NCBI GenBank assembly: GCA_030603365.1
Contig: JAUVXV010000001.1
Span: 608,001 to 672,000, forward strand
Source: Candidatus Heimdallarchaeota archaeon
GTDB lineage: Archaea; Asgardarchaeota; Heimdallarchaeia; Heimdallarchaeales; Heimdallarchaeaceae
DNA length: 64,000 bases
Direction of reading: 5' to 3'
Shown: piece by piece, positions 48,599 through 57,282 of the stretch
How positions within the stretch are numbered: position 1 is the stretch's first letter
Layout: the number at the start of each line of letters is the position of its first letter
Position numbers and translations under genes: made by a program
The notes under the pieces: generated by a model
What the model was told of the DNA's origin: nothing
Database searches by the model: none
Seen by the model: only the letters and a program-made list of their open reading frames with translations

Positions 48599-49174
48599 GT
48601 GTCATACTTCATATTTCTCTTTGAAAGCATATTCAAATTAACAATCTTTTTAATGAAAACAACAAGGTTCTCAATGGAGATACTTTTGGATATGAATAAT
48701 GTGCCTATAGCCAGTATTGATGAAAATGGGAAGGTTACTATTCTTAGGCATATCTACTTTAAATGCACACTTTGTTCTGACTGTTGTAGATTAAACAATA
48801 TTCCAGCTACTGACAGGGACATGGTGAGGATACTGGATGCTGGAATTGCAGTAGGCCAAGCTGTTGAAGAAATGAGTCCTGTTTTGATAGCAAGTAAAGA
48901 TTTGGAAAAAGGGTTAGTAAAAGCATATATTCTGCGAAAAAAACCTTTTGTTAACGAATGTGCATTTTTAGAAGAAAGTGGACTATGTAAAATTCATCTC
49001 TTTAAACCAATAGCTTGTGATCTGTATCCCTTTTCTGTTAGGAAGAATGATAATTGTCTCTTAGCTACAGTTCATCCTAAAAATGTTTGTAGATTCATTG
49101 AATTGGATGTTGAGAAAAATAGATCGAACACTCTAGAAATTGTTGAAGACTTATTAGCCAAACTTTTCGATTAG
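48599..49174 (+). CDS. YkgJ family (CxxCxxCC) Fe-S/Zn cluster protein
   Basis: FKCTLCSDCC, CAFL...LCKIH..KP.AC.LYPF; real start probably downstream of 48599. Confidence 0.85.
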   Translation: MSYFIFLFESIFKLTIFLMKTTRFSMEILLDMNNVPIASIDENGKVTILRHIYFKCTLCSDCCRLNNIPATDRDMVRILDAGIAVGQAVEEMSPVLIASKDLEKGLVKAYILRKKPFVNECAFLEESGLCKIHLFKPIACDLYPFSVRKNDNCLLATVHPKNVCRFIELDVEKNRSNTLEIVEDLLAKLFD

Positions 49175-49227
49175 AATCATACAACCGAATGAGAAACCTT
49201 ATCATATCTAGTTAACATTTCACCTTC

Positions 49228-50598
49228 ATGAGCTTGTTTAAAACAAACTTCATGAAGCTGGTTGAAGCATATCTACAAGATAAAGGTTTCAAAATTGAAA
49301 TGTGCAATATTTACACTCGAAATGTAGATTTTTACGAGAGTTACAAAAGAGTAATTATGTGTGCTTACAAAGATGATTTATTACTTTGTATTCGAGCAAG
49401 AAGTGGAGAGGCTTCAGACCCATTTAAGGGTACAGACGAGCAGGTAGAGTTGAAATTACAAGAACCTGCTTTGAAATTATTAAGTTGTGTTCTAGCTCTG
49501 AATTCTGGTATTGATTCAATTTACTGTGATAAATTCAAAAACATGAAGGCTGTGCCAGTTATTATCATGGAAAAATCCTCAAGAAATCACCCTCTCTATT
49601 ACTACTTTGATGGTGATGCTAGGGAATCAAAAGTTTGGTATAAAAAGAAGAATGTAGTATATTTACCTTGGGAATGGATAAAAGAATTCTGGAATGAGGA
49701 TTTTGAGATGTCTCTCATGGATCAAGGATATGAAGTAAAAGAACCACTAATTTACGAACCAGAACCACATATTAAACAAGCAGTAAATGAAATTGAGGAT
49801 ACACTTGCTTCTAGAAGAATAGGGATTTTGAAATCCGTTCATCTAGACAAACCTACTCTTCCACCTATGGCATTAACATTAACACAAACTAATCAAATGT
49901 TAATCTTCGTTGTAGATGAAGAAGATGATGATGTTCATCCTAAACTAATGGACTTTGCAGTATATCACTTTGGAACAAAAACCAAGAAGTTTCCAACAAC
50001 TGTAAGAGCTCTTTTCTTCAATATAATAAGTAAAGATACTGATCAGAGTTATCTTCAACCTTATGTTCCAAAGGATAATGAATTTGTAAAGAAACACTTT
50101 GAGCACTCTATTGTGATAAAAACTACAACTAAAGCTATAGAACTTCTTCTGGATGTTGCAACTATTGAAGAGATCTCTGCTTTATCTCAAATGAGCCCAA
50201 TTTCAAGTATGGATTTTGATTCACTCCTAAAAACATCAAATGGCTATTGGTTCTCCAAAGTATTTAATGAAGCAAAAAAACGATTGAAATCCTTCTTTGT
50301 TCCTAAATGCCCATTTTGTGAAAACACAAATATAAACCATGAAGTGCCAGAACATGTCCTTCCTAAACTTAACTTGAACATAGAATTGAATAAAGAAAAT
50401 TCATATGTTGCATTTTGTGATGACAAAAGAAGTGGTTGTGGTTTGGGATTCATAATTATAAAGGATAAGTTCCAGGGAGGAGTACATGGATTCTTTGTTG
50501 GAGTAGAACAGCAGTACTCACATGAAGTAGGAAATGCTAAATCAAAAATACAAGATCTAGGTCTGGATACCCATTCATTCTCTCACATAAAGAGCTAA
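49228..50598 (+). CDS. Hypothetical protein with C-terminal zinc finger
   Basis: CPFC ... C......CG near the C-terminus. Confidence 0.6.
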   Translation: MSLFKTNFMKLVEAYLQDKGFKIEMCNIYTRNVDFYESYKRVIMCAYKDDLLLCIRARSGEASDPFKGTDEQVELKLQEPALKLLSCVLALNSGIDSIYCDKFKNMKAVPVIIMEKSSRNHPLYYYFDGDARESKVWYKKKNVVYLPWEWIKEFWNEDFEMSLMDQGYEVKEPLIYEPEPHIKQAVNEIEDTLASRRIGILKSVHLDKPTLPPMALTLTQTNQMLIFVVDEEDDDVHPKLMDFAVYHFGTKTKKFPTTVRALFFNIISKDTDQSYLQPYVPKDNEFVKKHFEHSIVIKTTTKAIELLLDVATIEEISALSQMSPISSMDFDSLLKTSNGYWFSKVFNEAKKRLKSFFVPKCPFCENTNINHEVPEHVLPKLNLNIELNKENSYVAFCDDKRSGCGLGFIIIKDKFQGGVHGFFVGVEQQYSHEVGNAKSKIQDLGLDTHSFSHIKS

Positions 50599-50987
50599 TC
50601 AACTGGAATAAATTTGAAACCGTATTTTATTAATCCTTCAGTGCCATCTTTGGATAGAACTCTGAGTACCATTCTAACAGGCATACCAATTTCAATAAGA
50701 CTATAATCTATATCCACTATTTGTCCAGTAACTTTAATCCCATCTTCAAGTTCTATTATTCCAATAGCATAAGGCACATTTGCCATCATATCATTTGATG
50801 TCTGATTCACTTGGGTGAATTGAATTATTCTACCTTTTTCTGCTAATTTGTACTCTTGAACATTTCCACTTCCACAGCTGGGACAAAAGCTTGTTAATGG
50901 AAACGCTTTGTAATCGCAATCTAAACATTTAACGCCAATACCAAGGTATCTTTGTCTTTTCTCTCTCCATATTTTTGGTGGCTCCAT
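50595..50987 (-). CDS. DUF35 Zn-ribbon/OB-fold scaffold of the thiolase-HMGS complex
   Basis: C.DC....FP...CP.C, PYAIGIIELEDG, YGFKF. Confidence 0.93.
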   Translation of the reverse strand: MEPPKIWREKRQRYLGIGVKCLDCDYKAFPLTSFCPSCGSGNVQEYKLAEKGRIIQFTQVNQTSNDMMANVPYAIGIIELEDGIKVTGQIVDIDYSLIEIGMPVRMVLRVLSKDGTEGLIKYGFKFIPVD

Positions 50988-52168
50988 TATTTCTTAACCT
51001 CCTTTTTACCAAAAACATTCACGTAAGCCATAGCTCCTGTTCCAAGAACATTCTGTGTTAATCCAAAATTATGATCATCAACTTGACGTTTATCTGCTTG
51101 ACCTGTTAACTGTTCCACTATCTCAATGATTTGAGCAATCCCTGTTGCTCCAAAAGGATCTCCTCTAGATTTGAGACCACCACTGGTATTTATGCTTACT
51201 TCAGAATTGATTTTGGTTTTTCCTTCTTCAACAGCTAATCCTCCTTCTCCCTTTGGAAAGAAACCCAAATCCTCTATAGCTAAAATCTCACCTATTGGAT
51301 AGGAATCATGAACCTCTGCAACATTGATATCAGCTGAAGAAATACCAGCCATATCATATGCATTCTTTGCAGCTATTTGTGTAGCGCTTAAAGCTGTTAG
51401 ACTCTCTCGGTGGTGTAAAGCTAGATGATCAGACGCATGACCTAAACCTAGAACTTCTGTTAAATCGTTAGATTTCAGATTGTTTGAAACAAATTCTGAT
51501 GAAGCAAGTATTAGAGCACTAGCCCCATCACAATGAGTAGCAGGATCAAATCGACCGATAGGTTCTGATATTCGTTTTGCACTTAGAAATCGTTCTAATG
51601 GAATTTCTTTTTGAAATTGGGCATTTTTATTATTTACACCATTTCTATGATTCTTCTCAGGAACTAAGGCAAGTTGTTCCAGTGTGGTTTGGTATTCTTT
51701 CATATGAGCTTTTGTTAGAAGGGCATACAGACTTGTTAAAGTTGCACCCATTTCGAATTCCCATGAGTAATCTATTGTTGTTCCAAGTATTTTTTCAATA
51801 GTGCTACTATTTACAAAATCACTTAGTTTTTCCACTCCTACAACTGCTATGCAATCGAACAAACCACTTCTGATACCTTGAAAGGCTTGCTGGAAAGCTG
51901 CAGCTCCACTAGCTGTTCCAGCTTCTATTCTGGTTAGTGGGATTGATAAATTACATTCTCTAATACAAGAAGCTCCTACAGAAGCTTGAGAATTTGTGTT
52001 TGTAACTAAAGATCCAAAGAAAATTGATTGAATGAGCTCTTTCTCAAGTTGTGCATTTGTGACAGTTTCCATAAGAGCTTGAGATGCTAAAGAGCTAGGA
52101 CTCTTGTCAAAATGTTCTCCGAATTTTGTCATCCCGTGACCTATGATAAATACATCTTCATTGTTCAT
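50987..52168 (-). CDS. Acetoacetyl-CoA thiolase homolog (SCP2-type) with substituted catalytic residues
   Basis: TKFGE, VGVEK, DGASA, AEVHD, INTSGGL are present, but EAGTASG, HDSY and GDP replace CxS, HDCF and GHP. Confidence 0.9.
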   Translation of the reverse strand: MNNEDVFIIGHGMTKFGEHFDKSPSSLASQALMETVTNAQLEKELIQSIFFGSLVTNTNSQASVGASCIRECNLSIPLTRIEAGTASGAAAFQQAFQGIRSGLFDCIAVVGVEKLSDFVNSSTIEKILGTTIDYSWEFEMGATLTSLYALLTKAHMKEYQTTLEQLALVPEKNHRNGVNNKNAQFQKEIPLERFLSAKRISEPIGRFDPATHCDGASALILASSEFVSNNLKSNDLTEVLGLGHASDHLALHHRESLTALSATQIAAKNAYDMAGISSADINVAEVHDSYPIGEILAIEDLGFFPKGEGGLAVEEGKTKINSEVSINTSGGLKSRGDPFGATGIAQIIEIVEQLTGQADKRQVDDHNFGLTQNVLGTGAMAYVNVFGKKEVKK

Positions 52169-52172
52169 CTTA

Positions 52173-53219
52173 TCACCTTAACACTCCTTTGAATCTAACA
52201 TAAACACCATAATCGATGTACTTCTTTCTATTCACATAATAATCAACATTGAGAGGATAAGATTTCACTTCTTCAATCATATCAGTTACCAAAAATGAGA
52301 ATGCATCACTTCCTGCTCCACTTCCATAAGAAGTAACAAATATCCTATCTCCTGGACTAGAATAATTTAATATATTTGCTAAACCTATCATTGAAGATGC
52401 AGAATAAGCATTTCCAATTTCTTTGCATACTAAACTTAAATCAATTTGCTCTTTAGAAAAACCTAGCATTCGAGCTGCAGATAATGGGAATTTAGTGTTG
52501 GGTTGATGAAACGTGACATACTTGTAATCACTAGGTCTTGATCCAAGTTGTTCCATTAATTTTTTAGAAGCTTCGATAACATGCTTGAAATAAGCAGGAG
52601 ATCCTGTGAATCTATTACCGTGAGATGGATAAATTGCTCCTTCTCTTCGCCAAAAATCTGGCATATCAGTAGTTAGTGAATAAGTTCCTTCCAACTCAGC
52701 TATTACTCTTTTTTTTCCAATTAGAAAAGCTGCACTTCCTGCACCCGCAGTGTACTCCAAAGGATCCCTAGGACGAGCTTGACTGCTGTCAGCACCTATA
52801 GCTAGTCCATATTCAATCATATCAGATTTGGCTAAACCAAAACACATTTGCATTCCCGCAGTCCCTGCTTTGCAAGCAAATTCCAAATCGGCTGCAGTTA
52901 GAGATTCTTCAGCATCTAAGGCAGCTGCAACAAAAGTAGCTGTAGGTTTAACAGCATAGGGGTGTGATTCACTCCCCACATAGATTGCCCCAATATCTTT
53001 AACATTACCCCCCCATCTATTGATTGCATTTCGAGCAGATTCAACAGACATGGTTATTACATCTTCATCAGGACCAGGAACAGATTTACTATTAACTTGA
53101 AGCTGATTTACTATCTCTTTTGAATCCTCTTCCCAAACCTTTGCGATTTCTTCAGTTTTTATCCTATATTTTGGAATGTAAGAACCATAGGATACTATTC
53201 CCACTTTGCTCATTTTCAT
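52173..53219 (-). CDS. Hydroxymethylglutaryl-CoA synthase (archaeal type)
   Basis: GSESHPYAVKP, DLEFACKAGT (catalytic Cys), FHQPN, GN.YS, SYGSGAGSD. Confidence 0.96.
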   Translation of the reverse strand: MKMSKVGIVSYGSYIPKYRIKTEEIAKVWEEDSKEIVNQLQVNSKSVPGPDEDVITMSVESARNAINRWGGNVKDIGAIYVGSESHPYAVKPTATFVAAALDAEESLTAADLEFACKAGTAGMQMCFGLAKSDMIEYGLAIGADSSQARPRDPLEYTAGAGSAAFLIGKKRVIAELEGTYSLTTDMPDFWRREGAIYPSHGNRFTGSPAYFKHVIEASKKLMEQLGSRPSDYKYVTFHQPNTKFPLSAARMLGFSKEQIDLSLVCKEIGNAYSASSMIGLANILNYSSPGDRIFVTSYGSGAGSDAFSFLVTDMIEEVKSYPLNVDYYVNRKKYIDYGVYVRFKGVLR

Positions 53220-53342
53220 ACCTTGATGGAATCAATTTATCGATGTAATAGAAGTAATATTGAAGCTAAATTATCTCCTTTTAGAACAAGTATTAATCAC
53301 ACCTAATTAAAATTTTCTACCCAAATATGGATGAAAAAATAA

Positions 53343-54026
53343 TCAGTCGTTGTTTCCATTTTCAATGTTCTTTGGTACTTTAGAAATAATAACTCTAGCA
53401 GGTTTAAGCACAATGCTATCTAAGAGAAATCCTTTTTCTACCACTTCTATAATTCTGTTGTCAGGTAATTCTTTATTGTCAAGTGTATAAAGAACCTCAT
53501 GATGTTTAGGGTCAAAAATCTCGTCTTGTGGATTAATAATCTTAATCCCTAAATCGGTGAAAATATCTTTTATATTTCTAAATATCAGTTTAAACGCTTC
53601 ACTAGCAGTTTTAATGTCAGTTTCTTTAGTATTCTGTAAGTGAGTTCTCTCTATGTCTTCATAGATTGTGAAAAATTTTTGTAAGATATTTGCTTTGTTC
53701 CTGTAATTTGCGACTTCTTGATCTTTATGAACTCTTTTCTTATAGTTCTCAAATTCTGCTTGAACCAATTGAGCAGTATGAAGGTATTCTTCCTTCAATT
53801 TAATTTCAGAAGCTAGTGATTTTGAAATTTTTTGATATTTCTTAACAAGAGGATTTATCTTACCTTTGTCAATTAACTTGATTATTTCATCTTCGATTCT
53901 TTTCCTTTCTACTTCTTCTGGATCAATCTCTATTTCCTCTGTAAGAAAAGCATCTTCTGAATCTTCTTCAACGTCAACTTCAATTATCTCTTCTTCTTCG
54001 ACTGGGTCACTACTCTCCTTGTACAT
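53343..54026 (-). CDS. grpE: Nucleotide exchange factor GrpE
   Basis: QAEFENYKKR, FDPKHHE, KGF.L...VLKPARV. Confidence 0.93.
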   Translation of the reverse strand: MYKESSDPVEEEEIIEVDVEEDSEDAFLTEEIEIDPEEVERKRIEDEIIKLIDKGKINPLVKKYQKISKSLASEIKLKEEYLHTAQLVQAEFENYKKRVHKDQEVANYRNKANILQKFFTIYEDIERTHLQNTKETDIKTASEAFKLIFRNIKDIFTDLGIKIINPQDEIFDPKHHEVLYTLDNKELPDNRIIEVVEKGFLLDSIVLKPARVIISKVPKNIENGNND

Positions 54027-54240
54027 GAGAAAACCTCTTGTTCTAGCTTGTCCCGCAGTCCATTTACTGACATTTAAAATCTTCTATCTATCCAATTAAA
54101 TTTAGACTAACACAAAGAGAATAAAATTAAAACTTGATGGATGTAAATGTTTAAGTACAAATTTATTTGGCGTTTCACATCTGTATAGGAGTCAATTGTA
54201 AGACTCTTTCAAATTAAAAAAATTCAAAAGAGGAAACAAA

Positions 54241-55461
54241 ATGCATGAAAAAGTAGGAAAGAATCCATCGAAAAATAAAGAGGAAATTAAGAGGTTAATT
54301 AAAAAACTACATGCTGGTGAAGACCCCGAAGCTGTTAAGGAAGAATTTAAGGAATTAATTAAAGGATTAACCCAAGCAGAAATCACTCAAGCAGAAGAAC
54401 AGCTTATTAAAGAAGGCATGCCTGTAGAGGAGATACATCACATGTGTGATGTTCATTTATCCGTGTTACAAGAAACATTGATTGAAGACCAGAATCTAGC
54501 TCCAGAGGGTCATCCAATTAACATCCTAATGCAGGAACATGTTATATTATTAGAAAATGTTAATAGGCTTAGAGATATCTATGCAGATATAAAAGAAAAA
54601 AGTAGTTTTGAAGAAGTTTCTGATGAAATACAAGAGATAGAAAACATCATTCAGTTGATTAAGAAATCCGAAAATCATTATTTAAGAGAAGAAAATGTTC
54701 TATTTTCCTACTTAGAAAAATACGGCGTTACTCAACCTCCAAAAATTATGTGGATCGATCATGATCGAATTAGAGATGTTGAGAAAGAGTTATTCAAACT
54801 AATCGATAAAAAGGGTAAAATGAACTATAATGAATTCGTTTCGCAATTTCATCTTAATGCTCATGGTTTAGCTGAACTGTTAGCAGGTCATTTCCCAAAG
54901 GAAAACAAAGTTCTATTTCCAACTGCCATGCAACTATTAAAAGAATCTGAATGGAAAGAAGTAAGAAAGCAATTTGATGATATTGGATATTTCCTCCTAA
55001 CTCCAGATATTGTTGAAACTGATGAAGAGAAGTTAGTGGAAGAACCCAAAATTCTAGATGCAAAAAATGTAGATTTAGGCACTGGTGTTCTTCAATTAGA
55101 AGTGCTTCAACAAATCTTCAAAACTCTCCCATTTGACACTACATTTGTAGATAAGGATGATATTGTAAGATTCTATAGTGAAGGAAAGGATAGAATTTTT
55201 GTGAGGACTCCCAGTGTTATTGGTAGACTTGTTGAAAATTGCCACCCTAGCAAAAGCGTAGATAGAGTTTTGGCAATAATAGATAGTTTCAAGAAGAACA
55301 CACTAGATAAAGCTGAATTCTGGTTAGAACTTGGAGATAAGATGGTTATGATTAGATACTTCCCCGTGAGAAACTCTAAGGAAGAATATTTGGGAGTTCT
55401 TGAAGTTACACAAGATATAACAGAAATTAGAAAGATTGAAGGTGAGAAACGCTTACTCTAA
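54241..55461 (+). CDS. DUF438 + hemerythrin + PAS domain protein
   Basis: LH.G..PE.VK, MCDVH, GHPI, HYLREEN.LF, MW..HD, KENKVLFP, NCHP.KS, YLGVLEV.QDI. Confidence 0.9.
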   Translation: MHEKVGKNPSKNKEEIKRLIKKLHAGEDPEAVKEEFKELIKGLTQAEITQAEEQLIKEGMPVEEIHHMCDVHLSVLQETLIEDQNLAPEGHPINILMQEHVILLENVNRLRDIYADIKEKSSFEEVSDEIQEIENIIQLIKKSENHYLREENVLFSYLEKYGVTQPPKIMWIDHDRIRDVEKELFKLIDKKGKMNYNEFVSQFHLNAHGLAELLAGHFPKENKVLFPTAMQLLKESEWKEVRKQFDDIGYFLLTPDIVETDEEKLVEEPKILDAKNVDLGTGVLQLEVLQQIFKTLPFDTTFVDKDDIVRFYSEGKDRIFVRTPSVIGRLVENCHPSKSVDRVLAIIDSFKKNTLDKAEFWLELGDKMVMIRYFPVRNSKEEYLGVLEVTQDITEIRKIEGEKRLL

Positions 55462-55520
55462 TTCCTCTTTCCTTTCATATTTCAACCACTGGTTTTTTAA
55501 AGCTTCAATTTCTATAATGT

Positions 55521-55594
55521 TTGGCCAGAGCTTATCATAGACCTCTCTGAGTAATGTTATGGCTAACAGTGATGAGAGTGTGCTCTCTGGCCAA
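55521..55594 (+). ncRNA. K-turn-containing hairpin (5' leader or small RNA)
   Basis: 10-bp stem TTGGCCAGAG/CTCTGGCCAA; CTCT-CTGA (55543-55550) pairs with GTGATGA-GAG (55569-55578); TTTTAAAG promoter-like element about 25 nt upstream. Confidence 0.55.
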
Positions 55595-56224
55595 TTATTA
55601 CAGGTGAGTGATATGAAAATAATTGTACTCTCTGGATTACCTTTGAGTGGAAAAACAACCTATGCAAAGATAATAGGTCCAAAATATAACATGCCATTGT
55701 ACGAAACTGGAACTGAAGTTTTAGAAGAAGTAACTGGAAGAGGTTTGGATTTTACTCCTGCCAATATTAAATTAGTAACTGATGAATGCAAGAAAATATC
55801 TGATAGTTTCTTTACTGAAAGATTGATGAAAAAAATAGATATACTTCCAGATGATGTTCCTGGAGTTTTTATTTCAGGAATTCGTGCTGTATCTGAAGTT
55901 GAAATTCTCAGGAAACAGTATGGAAATGATAATGTTTCTGTGATTGCTTTTCATACATCAATGAAAACCCGGTTTAAACGGTTAAATAATCCTGATAGAA
56001 TTGAAGAAACAAAAGGAGCTAAAGCTAAAGAAGATGAATTGTTAAGAAATTTTGATAATTTCCTTGCTAGAAACAAAAAAGAATTAGGTTATGGCGTTGG
56101 AGATGTTATTGCTCTTGCTGAATATGTGATGAGCACTGAAAATGAACTCTGGCCACATGTTTCTATGAAAATTAATACTGAAAGTTTTGAGACAATTCTC
56201 AGAGAGATATTGAATCTTGATTAG
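55559..56224 (+). CDS. P-loop nucleotide kinase, UPF0200/dephospho-CoA-kinase-like (likely start 55613)
   Basis: MKIIVLSGLPLSGKT, GIR..SEV, RF.RL, F..R...EL..G. Confidence 0.75.
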   Translation: MANSDESVLSGQLLQVSDMKIIVLSGLPLSGKTTYAKIIGPKYNMPLYETGTEVLEEVTGRGLDFTPANIKLVTDECKKISDSFFTERLMKKIDILPDDVPGVFISGIRAVSEVEILRKQYGNDNVSVIAFHTSMKTRFKRLNNPDRIEETKGAKAKEDELLRNFDNFLARNKKELGYGVGDVIALAEYVMSTENELWPHVSMKINTESFETILREILNLD

Positions 56225-56286
56225 TAAATCAATATCACTTCTCGTTTTTTGATTTTCTTCTTTATCAAGGAAATAAATAACTTTAT

Positions 56287-57282
56287 TTGTTTCAGAATCC
56301 AATAGATTCTGTAAGGTGTAAGATAATGGTTTTCAACCCATATGATAATGATGATTCAAAAGATGATCCTAAGAAAGCAAAATTAAGAAATCAAGCACAA
56401 CAAGATTTTATTTCACAGCTTCAACAAAGAATAGCAAATCAGTCTAACAAAATTGAAGAATTACAGATGGAAATATCCAAGTTAAACGAAATGTTACTCG
56501 TTAAGAATCAAGAAATTGAGAACTACTCATTTAAGATGCAAGAAGAGAGAGAGTTTTTTGAACAAGATAAAAAAGCACGAAGTGATAGGGAGTATGAACT
56601 TACAAAACAGCTTCAAAAAAAGGATATTGAGTTGAAGAAAAGCCAAGAGGAATCGAGTGCTTCTTATCCCCCTACTCCAGCTTCAACTGAACCAGAAGAA
56701 AAACCCCAGATCTCAGAAGATAAAACCTCACAGGTTGATAACTATTTGGAAACCTTAATGGCATATTATAAGAAACCCACTAACGATGTTTTCCTAAATT
56801 CATTAAGGGATATGATAGTTCATTGCAGTATTAATGGAACTGTTGATCAGCAAATTTTGGGTTCTCTTCTTAAAGCTGAAAAACCGCTGACTGAAGAAGA
56901 ACTGAAACAGAAATTAAGTAAAGAACCTCAGCAAATTAGTAGAGCAATATTCAGATTAGAGCAAAAGAATCATATTAAGAAAGTTGGTAGAGGTTATTCT
57001 GCTATTTCTTCAGAATTTGCAGAAATGACAGATATTTCAACTAATTGGAAAAGTCTTACAGATGAAAGAATATATGAAAATCTTCTTTCGGTTGTCTATG
57101 TTGAATCCAATAATATTGAACTAATTAAAGCCTTTACAAAAGCAAGAGATGCTTTGATGGAAATGGAAGCTCTTTCAACTATCAAAAGACATGAAATGAG
57201 TCAGATGATTGAAAAACTAAAAAGACATCCATTTACAAGTGAAGAACTTACCAATAAAATTCTTGAATGGAAAGAATCTTAG
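56287..57282 (+). CDS. Coiled-coil protein with C-terminal winged helix
   Basis: Heptad Q/E/K-rich N-terminal half; PLTEEEL...ISRAIFRLE....IKK..RGY wHTH. Confidence 0.6.
   Translation: MFQNPIDSVRCKIMVFNPYDNDDSKDDPKKAKLRNQAQQDFISQLQQRIANQSNKIEELQMEISKLNEMLLVKNQEIENYSFKMQEEREFFEQDKKARSDREYELTKQLQKKDIELKKSQEESSASYPPTPASTEPEEKPQISEDKTSQVDNYLETLMAYYKKPTNDVFLNSLRDMIVHCSINGTVDQQILGSLLKAEKPLTEEELKQKLSKEPQQISRAIFRLEQKNHIKKVGRGYSAISSEFAEMTDISTNWKSLTDERIYENLLSVVYVESNNIELIKAFTKARDALMEMEALSTIKRHEMSQMIEKLKRHPFTSEELTNKILEWKES

Noticed and set aside
49228-50598. Possible degenerate PD-(D/E)XK nuclease folds
   Set aside because: Only a vague pattern (V..YL...GF.I) with no catalytic residues; cannot be supported without a profile search.
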